This document shows, one piece after another, positions 38,898 to 51,880 of a stretch of 64,000 bases of DNA. The DNA comes from Octopus sinensis (Eukaryota): positions 86,676,001-86,740,000 of the forward strand of contig NC_043002.1 in NCBI RefSeq assembly GCF_006345805.1, in the 5' to 3' direction. Below the pieces are notes generated by a model. That model saw nothing but the letters and a program-made list of their open reading frames with translations. It was not told the origin of the DNA and did not search any database. Every line of letters starts with the position of its first letter. The stretch's first letter is position 1. The position numbers were made by a program, and so were the translations under genes.

Positions 38898-39307
38898 GGG
38901 ATCTTTTCAGTTTGAACAGTAGTTTTTAACATAATTTCTAGGTAACTAAAAAATTTTAAACTTCATATACTGGTAGAATGTGTTTATAAAACATCTTTTT
39001 CTCTTGGCTCTATTGAGAAAATTCTATAGTTTGTAAGATATTTGTTGTTTTTTTTCTTCAATTTCTGCAATTTCAACCAATCAATGGCGTCTATTGAGGT
39101 GAAAACATTCTGTGCTGTATGAATATGTCCTTCGTTTAAGAAACAGATTGGGTTATTTACATTTGTGAAGAAAAATGTTACCACTCCCCCCACCCCTAAC
39201 CCTAAAAGAGATTGAAATGCAATAGATCGATACTAGGGTCATAATTATGGGTGACAATTTCATATGATACCGTTAGAAAAAACTGCCGTTCAAACCAAAA
39301 AGATCTG
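38898..39307. mobile_element. MITE with about 30-bp TIRs and apparent 6-bp TSD
   Basis: GGATCTTTTCAGTTTGAACAGTAGTTTTT / AAAAACTGCCGTTCAAACCAAAAAGATCT; CATAAA on both flanks. Confidence 0.78.
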
Positions 39308-39863
39308 CATAAAGATTATCTCTCTACCCTTTCAAATACCCCACCATCACCACCACTTAAAAGAGAAGGCCTTTCTCATTTGTCCTCTCTTCCCCTTTTT
39401 TTTTTGTCCTTTTCTGTCTTGCAAGTTAGGCAAACAATTTACCCTAGTGACAGATGAAAATTTTGTTAGGTTATGTCTTATAAGCACAAATGATTAAAAA
39501 TAAAATATGCTGTGCTACCAGTTAGGACTATCACACTTCAGCTACATAATTTTTATATCATCTTGGATCACTAAATGCCATTATAGATGCATTGTTATAT
39601 GGTTTTTGTGGTGCTGCTTTACATAGTACCTTTTAGAATGCCACAGATAACCCTGTTACCCTGGCATCTTCATGCATTTTATTCAAGTACAAAATAATTT
39701 GTATTCAGTGGATGATATTAAATGTGTTGTTTCTGATTCTCCTGTGTTTTTTCTTTACCCAAAGCCAGGGAGTTTTCAGTATCCCCTTGTAACAGCACTA
39801 GTATTGCAAAGTAAGATGTTGTGACTCTGGGCCAGATGTTTTTACTGTGTTCAATATGCATTC

Positions 39864-40097
39864 TTATTTCCTTATTGCCCACAAGGGGCTAAACATAGAG
39901 GGGACAAACAAGGACAGACAAAGGGATTAAGTCAATTACATCGACCCTAGTACGTAACTGGTACTTAATTTATCGACCCTGAAAGGATGAAAGGCAAAGT
40001 CAACCTCGGCGGAATTTGAACTCAGAATGTAAGGACAGACAAAATACTGCTAAGCATTTCGCCCGGCATGCTAACGATTCTGCCAGCTTGCCGCCTT
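39864..40097 (-). mobile_element. Full-length OR1-like SINE with TSD
   Basis: Head GGCGGCAAGCTGGCAGAA, B box GAGTTCAAATTCC; TTCAATATGCATTC at 39850-39863 and 40103-40116. Confidence 0.9.
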
Positions 40098-40849
40098 ATG
40101 CATTCAATATGCATTCGTACTGCACCACTTGTCCTCTCTCTTTCACAGCAGAGTTAAATTTATTGTCAAGTCCCAGTTATACACACACACACGCACTCTC
40201 TCTCTCTCTCTCACACACACACAGACACACATACACACGCAGACACACACACACACACACACAATCACATATTCAATTTAATTGTTTGTGTGTATGCTTG
40301 TATTGTAGCTCATGTCTAGCAAAAAGGGGTTTAGGTAATTGTGTTTAACTATGATTGCAAGAAAAGCAAAAAGTCCTTTCATCTGTTTATTCTGCTTGAC
40401 AAAATGGGGTTCATATTCTTTACTGTAGTTGCAAAAACTCTTTCTTGAATGACATAGCAAGTTCTATGCAACCATGAATACCTGTTTACCTGATTGCATT
40501 GATGCACACATGCAAGTGACTGCGCAGAATAACCAAGTTGATACACGTGTGATATAAGGTAGAGAGCTAATTACGACTTTTCACCTATAACTACACACAC
40601 ACGCAATCACACATACACACAAACACACACCCATGCACGCACATACACAATCACACATACTGCACTGCTGGGCCAGTGGCTGTAAGAGTCAAGAGTGAAG
40701 CTGTGGAAGTGATGCAATTGAGAAGGAAATTTAAGTAACCATGAACAGAATAGAAGACAGCAGGTGGTGTATAGGATGGAAGAAATTCAAGAAGATTACA
40801 GTAAACACACAACACACTTGCACAAACGCACTTATATATATACATATAT

Positions 40850-40891
<42 letters not shown>

Positions 40892-41072
40892 TCCCTCTCT
40901 CTCTCTCTCTTGCTATATATATATATATATATATATAGATAGATAGATATAGATATGTACACATATATAAATATACACTTACATACATATACATATATAT
41001 GATTATGTGTGTGTGTGCACGTGCGCATGTGCATACACACATTCATAAATATATATACATACATACATACAC

Positions 41073-41129
<57 letters not shown>

Positions 41130-41851
41130 GACGCTGAAGATTTTGGTAGGTGAGAATTTGTATCAAAGAAAGGAAGATGCTCACAGTAAACTTTTACTTT
41201 ATCATTATTTGTGTGCGTGTGCGTGTGTGTGTGTGTGTTTGCCTGTATACATACATATTAGTGATGTGTTTTGTATATGTGAAAGATAGAGCACTTATGT
41301 AATATATTGCTATTAAATTACCCATGACCTAAGCTGTTGCCTGCTGAAACCTGCTTGAGATGTATAGATATGTATATGTATGTGTGTCTGCACATGCACA
41401 TATCTGTACATGAGTGTATGCTTGCACACACACATGCATACTTGCATATATTTACACACACACACACACGTACACACACACACACACACATAATACATAC
41501 ATATACATATATACAATATACATACACAATAAGAGTGCTTCTCTTTCAGACACAATTAGATGTGCATGTATTTATACTTTACCTATATATTAGGGTGAAT
41601 AATCTATATTATATTATATAATAATGCTTTATGTAATCATACATTTGTTTAGTTTAGGGAAGAAAATTATATAATTTCCAACGCCAAAATGAGAAGGAGA
41701 AAGATTATCTAAACTTTGAATCACACTTGTAGCAATCCTCATAGCTGTGAAATTAAAGCTTATATAAGTAGATGTTTATAGATATATCTGTATGTTTCTA
41801 CGTGTGTATGTATGCTTGCATGAATGTACGTATATGTGCCTATACACATAT

Positions 41852-41884
<33 letters not shown>

Positions 41885-42155
41885 CTTCAAATGCACAGAA
41901 AACAAAAGACAGAGACAAGTGAGGGAACAAACAACAAGCAGGTGTATTAGTTTCATACTTGGGAAAAATGGCAATGTCTTTGATGCTTTTTTGAATGCAA
42001 CAATGTTGTTTCATGATTTAGTTTAACTGCATAGAACCTTTGGCAAACAACGTTCATTGCCTTAGGCTGAGCAATGCCTTGTGAATAGAACTGATAGACT
42101 GAAAGTGGCTTGTTTCGTGTGTGTGTGTGTGTGTACAGTCAATATATAAGCTCAA

Positions 42156-42586
42156 GGCATAGGAAAGGCTGTGTGGTAAGTTTCTTGCTTACCAACCACA
42201 TGCTCCTGGGTTCAGTCCCACTGCATGGCACCTTGGGCAAGTGTCTTCTACTATAGCCTTGGGCCAACCAAATCTTTGTGAGTGGATTTGGTAGATGGAA
42301 ACTGAAAGAAGCCCATCGTATATATGTATATATATATATATATATACATGTATGTGTGTGTATATGTTTGTGTGTCTGTGTTTGTCCACCCAACATCTCT
42401 TGACAACCGATGCTGGTGTGTTTACGTTCCTGTAACTTAATGGTTCGGCAAAAGAGACTGATAGAATAAGTACTAGGCTTCCAAAGAATAAGTCCTAGGG
42501 TCGATTTGCACGACTAAAGGCGGTGCTCCAGCATGGCCACAGTCAAATGACTGAAACAAGTAAAAGAGTAAAAGAGTAAAGAGTAA
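42156..42586 (+). mobile_element. Full-length OR2-like CORE SINE
   Basis: CCTTGGGCAAGTGTCT core; (GTAAAAGA)n tail. Confidence 0.9.
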
Positions 42587-42714
42587 ATATGCACAGTATA
42601 GAAAACAAATGACAGTCTTTACCGAGCACTAGGTCCATGGAGTAAAGAATGGCTATGAGAGAATCCCAGGAGAGCTGATACGAAGATAGTGATGAAGATA
42701 AACATGATTAAGCT

Positions 42715-42748
<34 letters not shown>

Positions 42749-42905
42749 GTTGATAGATATACATGCATACACTTACATATATTCAGAAGATAAACACATA
42801 TGTATAAGCACACAGATATTTATATATATTTTGACAAACAACTTTTCTTTTAAATGGAGTATTAAAAAAATACAAAAGACTAAAAGGAAAATGCATAGTT
42901 TTTTA

Positions 42906-43054
42906 ACTTGACAGCTGTTTCTGGGAATTTGAAATTATGTAATAGTTGTAACATCCATAATTAGCAGATGGAATGTACAAAAAGTTGTGAATAGGGAACA
43001 TGTAGATGGATGCATAGAAACATTACTATAATACCAGCTTCCATCATCAGGGGT
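42906..43054 (-). ncRNA. Degenerate hammerhead motif with long stem II
   Basis: ACCC-CTGATGA-TGGAA...(about 110 nt)...TTCCCA-GAAA-CAGCTG-TC-AAGT. Confidence 0.5.
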
Positions 43055-43499
43055 AGAAGATTGGCAGAAAGTAACTCACATCATGATGCAAGAGATTTAA
43101 ATGTCGAATGGGATAAGAGAAGAGTAAAAGATAGGGAGTTGGAAGATGCAAGTGGCCTATAGAGGGGGAGGGGTTGAGGAAAAGCAAAAGAGATAACAAA
43201 TACACAGAAGAGAGGCAGAGTGGGGAGGTGAGTAATCAAGGGATTGAATAGAAGTAGATGTGGTGAGTCGGAGGGAGCAGGGATGAGATAAGTTAGTATT
43301 GTAAATGTGTGTGTGGTGGTGGTGGTGGTGGGGGGGGGCATTATTAGTGGGGCATGTTGATAAGCAGATTTTTAATCAATCTTTATTCAATCCAGAAAAC
43401 TAGAGGAAAAAGAATGAATGAAGAAGGGAATGTGTGTGTGTGTGTGTGTGTGCACAATGTCTTGTTTTCCATTTGTGTCTTTCGTTGTTCAAAAAATAT

Positions 43500-44660
43500 T
43501 CCGGGTATCACAATTACAATTTCCATTTGATTTTTATTTTGATGTTGATGTACTTGACTCAATAGGTCTCCTCAAGCACAGCAGGTTGCCCTATGATCCA
43601 AGGTAAGCACAGCAGGTTACCCTACAATCCAAGGTACTTTTTAATGGGCTGGGGCTGGTTATGCAAAACTAGTGTAGAATACAGCCATGAACTTACTTTA
43701 TTTGTCGGATCTTCACAGTCATAGCATATCTCCAGAGGTCTCGGTCTTTCGTCATTGCCTCTGTAAGGCCCAACGTTCAAAGGTCATGCTTGACCATCTC
43801 ATCCCATGTCTTCCTGGATCTACTTCTACCATGGATTCCTTCAACTGTTTGGGAGTGGCACTTCTTCACACATCTCTCCTCATCCATCCATAGTACATTA
43901 CCATACCAGCACAAACATCTCTCTTGCACACCAAATCCAATGCTTCTTATGTCCAACATTTCTCTCAAGGCACTTACCCTCTATCATGTGTGCACACTGA
44001 CATTACACATCCAGTGGATCATGCTAGCTTCATTTCTTTCAAGCCTACGCATGTCCTCCGCAGTCACAGGCCATGTTTCACTGCCATGAAGCATGGCAGT
44101 TTGCACACATGCATTGTACAATCTATCTTTCACTCTGAGAAAGAGGCCTTTTGTCACCAGTAGGGGTAGAAGCTTTCTAATCTTTGCCTAGGCTAATCTT
44201 ATTCTAGTGGTAACACTCTCTGACCATCCACCCCCACTACTAACTTGGTCAACTACTTCTAGTTTCTCCCCCTGGAGTGTGATGGAATCTGTTTTCTGAG
44301 CATCTATGGTGTTTATTGCCCCTGTGCACGAAAGCTATCTTCTTGATTAATCTTCCTTTGATTTTGCTGCACCTCTTATGTGTCCAAAGCTTACACTGGG
44401 TACATCTTATGGAGTTTCTACCTCCACCTTTTCTACAGATCGAGCAGGGCTACCTACCTGATGGGGTGTGTGATGAGTTCGCCTTCCTGCTTACTAGAAC
44501 TTTGGTCTTTGCTACATTGACTCTAAAGCCTTTTGATTCTAAACTTTGCTTCCACACCTGAAATTTCTTTTCTAGTTTCAGTAGTGATTCTGCTATGAGG
44601 GCCAGGTCATCAGCTCTCAGAGGCAACCCGTCTTGAATTCCTTTGTTATTACCTGGAGGA
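43500..44660 (-). mobile_element. RTE LINE, RT C-terminus plus 3'UTR (decayed)
   Basis: ADDLALIAES motif near 44590-44615; ORF ...GVQERCLCWYGNVLWMDEERCVKKC...RKTWDEMVKHDL. Confidence 0.85.
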
Positions 44661-44664
44661 CTAT

Positions 44665-45040
44665 GATGAATAAAAGGGCCATCTTTGGTTTCGAGACAAA
44701 AGGTGTTCTTCCATCAGGATAATGCTTGGCCACATACAGCGAGGATGACATTCCAAAGGCTGGAGCAGTTTGAATAGGAAACGATGCCCCACCCATCATA
44801 TTCGCCTGGAATTGCCCCATCTGATTATCATTTATTCCAGTCTTCCAAATCATTTGGATGGAAAAAATATGAATTCTGTAGATGAGGTCAGAACAGTACT
44901 GGAGACTTATTTTTTATCACAGACAAGTGACTTTTAGAAGAGGGGCCTTGCAAGTCTACCAGATAGATGAAAGAGCATTGTAGAAAATAAAGGAGAGTAT
45001 ATTTTAGATTAAAAAAGAACTTTGTTTATCTTAATTTTGA
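44665..45040 (+). mobile_element. Mariner transposase 3' fragment
   Basis: FHQDNAWPH and HPSYSPGIAPSDYHLF (YSPDLAPSD-type motif). Confidence 0.85.
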
Positions 45041-45728
45041 AAATATGTGGAGCTGAATGTTGTTGTTGCACATGCTGTTAACAACATCTGAGCAAAAATG
45101 ATGTTTTGTTTATAATCCTTAGAAGCTATAAAATCATGTAGTTTCAGCATTCAATGTGTGAATACCAGTAGAATAAAAAAATAATAATAAATAAATAATA
45201 AATAAATAAAAAAAACATGCATTACTTAGAAATATATGGGGATTTATAGCTGGGTGATAATCTGGCTAAAAGAATATCTACCCTAACAAGTTTCAACTAA
45301 TCCATGCCAGCATGGTAGAAGGACAGAAAGCCATAGAAACAATCAAAAAGGAAATGGTTTCCAGTATTCTATACAAAATGCTTCTTTAATTCATGCATAA
45401 AATTCAATTGAAAATTTAGTAAGAGGATACTATTTTGATGGTACACACCCATAATCTTCTGTGCTTTTCAATATATATATATATGCGCGCGCACGTTTGT
45501 GTGTGTGTGTGTGTGTGTATGTATTGTATGTATGTATGTATGTAGTCAGCAGATGAGATTGAGAGAATCTCAATACAGAAAACACTCAGTAGCACTCAAG
45601 TGATTTGAACTTACACTCTGATACCTTTAGTGAGGACCTAATCAACAGGGTTAAGATTTGTTATAAGGGGAATCCAAGTATGGAAACACTGATTCAAATA
45701 AACAGATAAGACCTTGGGTCTTAATATA

Positions 45729-46158
45729 CAGGAGTGGCTGTGTGGTAAGTAGGCGCAGGAGTGGCTGTGTGGTAAATAGCTTGCTTACCAATCACATGGC
45801 TCTGGATTCAGTCCCACTGTGTGACACCTTGTGCAAGTGTCTTCTACTAAAGCCTCGGGTGGACCAAAGCCCTGTGAGTGGATTTGGTAGATGGAAACTG
45901 AAAGAAGCCCATCGTATATATGTATGTGTATGAATATATGTGTGTGTGTTTGTGTGTCTGTGTTTGTCCCCCCCCCCCAATATTGCTTGACAACCGATGC
46001 TGGTGTGTTTACATCCCCGTAACTTAGCGGTTTGGTAAAAGAGACCGATAGAATAAGTACTAGGCTTACAAAGAATAAGCTCTGGAGTTGATTTGCTCGA
46101 CTAAAAGGCGGTGCTCCTGCATGGCCACAGTCAAATGACTGAAAGAAGTAAAAGAGTA
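45729..46158 (+). mobile_element. OR2-like CORE SINE with duplicated head
   Basis: CAGGAGTGGCTGTGTGGTAA at 45729 and 45756. Confidence 0.9.
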
Positions 46159-46250
46159 TATGTATACATGTAAAAAGAGAAGGCAGGCTTAAAATTTTCA
46201 GATGATTAACAATCATTGTAAATATTTGCTCCCTATTGATGATTTGAATA

Positions 46251-46628
46251 CACTACCGTCAGAAATTAATTAGCACCCTTGATTTGCTCTTCACTCAAGG
46301 TATGTGCTGTCACCTAGTGGCCATATCTCGAACTATTGCTTTGTTGCGAGTTCACTGTTGCGCAGAACGATGACGTAACTTTGTTTGCAGAGCAGTTTGA
46401 GAGTCTACAGCCTTATGATGTTGACATAGCAGTGCAACAAATTGGAGTGCGGATGCAGACAAATCTTCCTTTGTTTAATAGATATAGGTAGCGCCTCGCA
46501 AGGACCGAAATCACACCATACTAAGTTTTCTCATCGCGTAAGACGTTTTGAACAGCTCATAGGTTAATTCAATTTAACCTATTTAATGTAGAAATTTGAG
46601 AAGTGCTAATTAATTTCTGACGCAAGTG
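46251..46628. mobile_element. Tc1/mariner-type MITE
   Basis: TIRs CACTACCGTCAGAAATTAATTAGCAC / GTGCTAATTAATTTCTGACGCAAGTG; TA TSD. Confidence 0.9.
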
Positions 46629-46674
46629 TATGTTTAAATATCTAACTTGTCCTTTGTGCTTGAAGTCTATGCGG

Positions 46675-46758
46675 TCATCTGATGAGAATGGTTTTCTTTG
46701 TAATAATGGAATGCCTTCATTGATCAATTAAAGGAGTCGCTCGAAACAGCCGTAATGA
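46675..46758 (+). ncRNA. Type I hammerhead motif
   Basis: TCAT-CTGATGA-GAATGGTTTTCTTTG...TAAAGGAGTCGCTC-GAAA-CAGCCG-TA-ATGA. Confidence 0.7.
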
Positions 46759-46840
46759 ATCGAAACTTATATATCTTTGTTACTCATTTATATATGTATA
46801 TATATTTTTAATTGAGCAAAGGTTAGACTCTTACTTATCC

Positions 46841-46966
46841 ACCCTGATGAAGGAGGCTCTGAATTTTATCAGTGCTTATTTGCTTCCATTACTGGCTGCC
46901 AATATTTAATGAACTACATCTGCCAACATTATGAGGTAACTTCAAGCCCTCAGAAACAGCTGTTGT
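46841..46966 (+). ncRNA. Degenerate hammerhead motif with long stem II
   Basis: CTGATGA-AGGAGGCTCTGAA...TTCAAGCCCTCA-GAAA-CAGCTG-TT-GT. Confidence 0.5.
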
Positions 46967-47031
46967 ACTTCTAACTCTTTCTCCTCTCTAATTCTTTGAG
47001 TCTATGTAATCTGAGTGAGTTTGCTCTATTG

Positions 47032-47072
<41 letters not shown>

Positions 47073-47295
47073 TAATGTAGGATAAAATTTTTCGAAAAAA
47101 TTTTTATCAATGGCCAGCATATTAAAAAATACCTTTAAAGGTTATATTTATAAACAACTTATAAATAAGGGCAAACGAAAAAATTTTCAATGCCAAATAT
47201 GCCGAAACTAGACACATTGTCCATAACCATATAATTTATCACAATAAGCACGTCATTCGAAAAAGGTTGAAAGAAATTTCTAAAAAATTGCGTTA

Positions 47296-47355
47296 TTACC
47301 ATATCGAACCAATTTCAGGGTTAGTTCATAAGAACCTTCCCTTCGTCAGTGATAA
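47296..47355 (-). ncRNA. Canonical type I hammerhead ribozyme motif
   Basis: TTATCA-CTGACGA-AGGG aaGGTTCttatGAACtaa CCCT-GAAA-TTG gtt CGA-TA-TGGTAA: intact core, all three stems pair. Confidence 0.82.
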
Positions 47356-47834
47356 ATGCGGCAAAGAAATAAGAGAAATACTTATTCATACCCATGCAAG
47401 AAGCAAACACTAAGTCATGAGCACAATTAAGTACTGCACAGGTCATGAGCACAATTAAGTTGTTTATATATATATATACCTAAACAGAAAGTATTCCAGG
47501 TCATTCAATTGACCAGTATGGCAGTCCCAACAAAGTTGAATAGTTGTTGTTAACTGGTCCTGAATATCCTGCAAATCATTGTATGTATCAACGTTATAAC
47601 TAGTACAAAAAATACATTCAGCCAAATGATGGTTGAATATCATCTGAAGAAATGGGGTACTTACACAGCAATGCAGATTTAGGTAATGTTATGCAGTATG
47701 TGATGTAATATATTTTGCATTGGTAATAGATAATCATGTTGTTGAAGAGCTACCTATTTAATATATGTGTGCGTGTGTGTGTGTGTATATATATATATAT
47801 CATCAACATATATATATATGTATATATCATCAAA

Positions 47835-48065
47835 AGGTGGAAAGCTGGCAGAAACGTTAGCACACCGGACAAAATGCGTTGTCGTATTTCGTCTGCCATT
47901 ACGTTCTGGGTTCAAATTCCACCGAGGTCGACTTTGCCTTTCATCCTTTCGGGGTCGATAAATCAAGTACCAGTTACACACTGGGGTCAATGTAATCGAC
48001 TTAATCCGTTTGTCTGTCCTTGTTTGACCCCTCTGTGTTTAGCCCTTTGTGGGTAGTAAAGAAAT
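47835..48065 (+). mobile_element. Full-length OR1-like SINE
   Basis: AGCTGGCAGAAACGTTAGC A box, GGGTTCAAATTCC B box, GCCTTTCATCCTTTCGGGGTCGATAAA central domain. Confidence 0.9.
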
Positions 48066-48085
48066 ATATATATATCATCAACATC

Positions 48086-48140
<55 letters not shown>

Positions 48141-48729
48141 TAGATATAGATATATACACAAGTGGTGGATCAACAATATTGGGGCCCTGAAGCTTAAACT
48201 GTTATGGGGGCCCCCTATACAACCAGCAACAGAAGGATAACATCCAACAAGTGTCAAAGAATATCCTTGCCCTTGCAAGAACTCCAGCCTTGAGGCCCTA
48301 ATAGCCCATATGGTGAAGTGGTTATGTGGAGTCCTTAAAGATGAGTCTGACAATGAGCCCTCTTTCCACCAGAAACAAGGTGTGGGTAAGCGCTGATATC
48401 TTTGTCGATGTGGTTGTTCCATGGCAGATCACCACAATTTTCTTTACATATTTAAGCACATTTCAGATTGTGATCCTCAAAGTCACTGGTGTGAACAAAT
48501 ATTTTCTGCACTATACCTTATACTTTTAGAGTTATGGGGGCTGAAAATAAGGGAAGTATTATATACATGCATGATGCATCATATAATAAAGACATAAAAC
48601 ATAATAAATACCACAGTTGTTATAATCTAATATTAATCTCAAATTTAAGATACATATGAAAATTACAAAATACTCTTTTTTCCTGTTTTTTTTTTATTTC
48701 TTATAGCAATATATTCCCTTACTGTTTTG

Positions 48730-48918
48730 TCATGAGAGCTTCCTTGCAATATCATTTTCTAGAAACAATATGCAGAAGGAATTTAAGTGCTCTTCAGTCA
48801 TGGAAGACCGAAATTTATTCTTTATAACAGAAAGCTTTGAGAAATTCTTTTCTGCTTCATAGCTTGTGGTAGGCATTGACAAGTACAGCTTAAGTGCAGT
48901 GGCAATATTAGGGAACGC
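48730..48918 (-). pseudogene. hAT transposase C-terminal dimerisation domain fragment
   Basis: AFPNIATALKLYLSMPTTSYEAEKNFSKLSVIKNKFRSSMTEEHLNSFCILFLENDIARKLS (ERxFS-type motif). Confidence 0.85.
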
Positions 48919-50231
48919 TCAAATTCTACCAAGGTCGACTTTGCCTTTCATCCTTTCGGGGTCGATAAATTAAGTACCAGTTGCATATGGGGTTGATCTA
49001 ATCGACTGGCTCCCTCCCCCAAAATTTCAGACCTTGTGCTTAGAGTAGGGTGGGGATTAGAGCTTTGAAATGTCAATTTTTTTGCAGATTTGGAATCCCT
49101 GCAGTTGAAAAAGTAGGCTTTCTGTAGAAATCCCCAGCCAAAAAGTAAAAAAAAATGCGGTGCATGTCCTTTACCTCTGCCAAGCCCTGTCCCCAGTTAT
49201 TTTCATAGTTTTGGCATGCTGTAAGATTTTTTTTTATACATGACATAATATATTCATTTCTACTTGACTTGATATAATTCCCCTCAAATTTAATTTTATT
49301 TGAAACAAGGTGCTTCTGTGACAAACTGTTGTTAAATGGTACGCAAAAGGAAAACAAGTGATACTTTTTTTTTTTATCCCATTATACATTTCTTCAATAA
49401 AAAATATTCCTTTTATACATTTTAAATGACTGAAAATGTCTCTTTCTTTTCAAAATTCTAATTTCATTTTTCACACAGGCACTTGTGGTATTTGGCTTTT
49501 TCTTCATAGTGAAAATACAATAAAGGAGAGAAAAGAGATTTTTTATTTTTTTAAATAAGAGTTGAAAATGTTTCAGAATGTAAAATACAATAAAATGTAA
49601 AAATGAAAAAAATAACAATAAATCAGAAATGACTCATTTTGCCCCAGTTTGCTATTTTGTCTGAAGAAAATGGTTAGATCTAAAAAAAACAACAAAAACA
49701 TTTGAACAAAAAGTGCTTTTAGCTGTTGAGAGATGTAAATTTTATAATTAAAACAAAAATCAAAGTGTAAATTTTGGAACATATTTTGTATTTACCTGTT
49801 AGAAAGATTTCAAAGACTTACTGAAATAATAAAGCTTAGCAGTGCTAATGTGTGTGTGTGTGTGTCCCTTTGTTTTGAAATGGTCAGTTTGAGCTTATCA
49901 TTAGTCAGTTGCATTGGAAACAGGATTTCAACTAGACAATAAAACCAATTTTTCAGTTTGTTTTTCTATATATATTCATACACACATATACATACATATA
50001 TGCATAAATACATATATACATACACACACACACACATCTACATACATATATACATGTTTTTTACTTTTCTTTGTCACTTCCCTGGTACTATGCTGCTCTT
50101 GGAGATGGAAGTTAAATTACAGAGAATAAAACTTTTTTCTGTTTATTTCTTTTTATCACTATATATATTCACACACTATATATATTCATACATATGTACA
50201 TTCATTCATTCATACATACATACATACATCC

Positions 50232-51458
50232 CTAACTCCAGCTGCAGTGACCAGCTTGTCGAGTTCCTTGAGGACATTACTCAGATTACTGACAGTGGCT
50301 CATGGGTGGATGTTGTCTACCTTGACTTTGCTAAGGCTTTCAACTCTGTGCCACACAAAAGGCTTATGGTGAAACTCTCTGCAATGGGTGTGGGGGATGA
50401 CCTTTTTAACTGGTTGAAATCCTTCATCCTCAGCCGAAAGGAGGTAGTCACAGTTCTAGGACAGCACTCTACACCATATGAGATGTCATCGGGTGTACCA
50501 CAGGGATCTGTCCTTGGTCCCCTCTTGTTTGTGGCATACATTAACGACATAGATGCCAATTTAAAGAATGCCACAGTATTGAAATATGCAGACGACATCA
50601 AGCTGTACCTTGAAATCAAGAGGACAGATCCTGATGTCTACAACTCTTTCCTGCAATCAGACCTAGACACAATGCAGCAATGGATCACAGACTGGCAACT
50701 GAAACTGGCTGTGGACAAGTGTACCACCATGCATTTTGGGAGAAAAACCCTGCGTTCACTTACTCCCTCCACAACACTGATATCAAGAAATCCTCTTGCG
50801 AGCGTGACCTAGGCATCACTGTCAGCAGTGATTTGCATTGGTCAAAGCATATCTCTAAGATTGTCAGGAAGGCCGAGGGTGTCTTGGCATCACTCAGCAG
50901 GTCTTTTGTTAGCCGCTCTCCAGCCATCTATTTAAAACTGTATACAGCTATGGTACGACCACACTTGGAATTCGCATCATCAGTTTGGAACCCCTATCTT
51001 GCACAGAACATTGACCTCCTGGAATCTGTCCAGAGACGTGCAACCAAACGCATACCCTCCATCAGACACCTACCATATTCTGAGCGCCTTGTTCCCTGGG
51101 CATGGATTCACTGAAGCTCCGGCGTTTGGCGACGGACTTGGTAAACACCCACAAAGTTATCAACCACCTCACAACAACAACACTGAACACCTTTTTGATC
51201 TCCATGTGTCTAACACACGTGGACATGCCTACAAAGTCAGAAAACAATACAGCTCCCATGACTTTCGGAAACATTTTTTCACGCTCAGAGTTGCTGAAGC
51301 ATGGAATAAACTGCCTGCGTCAGTTGTTGACTGCCATGACACTGCATCTTTTAAGGCCCTCATGCTTTCCGAAATCCGCCGAAACTACACCTGATTATAT
51401 ATACACTTTAGATGAGTTGTAGTGCACCTGAGCACTGTACACAATTATTATTATTATT
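50232..51458 (+). mobile_element. 5'-truncated CR1-like LINE reverse transcriptase (frameshifted)
   Basis: VDVVYLDFAKAFNSVPH, SGVPQGSVLGPLLF, YADD, VRPHLEF, LESVQRRATK, TRGH, FFTLRVAEAWNKLP over three ORFs; (ATT)n tail; inserted in (CATA)n. Confidence 0.93.
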
Positions 51459-51880
51459 ATACATACATACATACATACATACATACATACATACATACAT
51501 ACATACATACATACATAATTTTTGTTTACTTTTCTTTGTTGTTTCATTGGCACCATCCTTTTGTAGGGGACTGGTGTAGAGACAAAACTTTTTTTCCATT
51601 CTATTTCATTTTACCAGCCCTGTCTGTATGGCAAAATACAAAAAGAAAAATATTAACAGAATGAAAAAATTAAGTTGATCAGAGAGGCCCCTCAGGTATT
51701 AGGGGGTCTGAAGCTTAAGCTTCATTAGTTTTAAAATAGATCCGCCACTGATATACACACCACATATATATATATATATATATACACCAAAATGATAAGA
51801 AGACAAAGAAAATTTTTTAACACACACTCACATATACACACACACACATACACACCCACCTCACCCCACACATATATATT

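Larger units (their letters stand above)
48160..51750 (-). mobile_element. hAT DNA transposon relic with nested SINE and LINE
   Basis: TIRs AAGTGGTGGATC / GATCCGCCACTG; 8-bp TSD ATATACAC at 48152-48159 and 51751-51758. Confidence 0.85.

Noticed and set aside
49958-50812. Intact 284-aa reverse transcriptase gene
   Set aside because: The first third is microsatellite read-through; the LINE is 5'-truncated and frameshifted.
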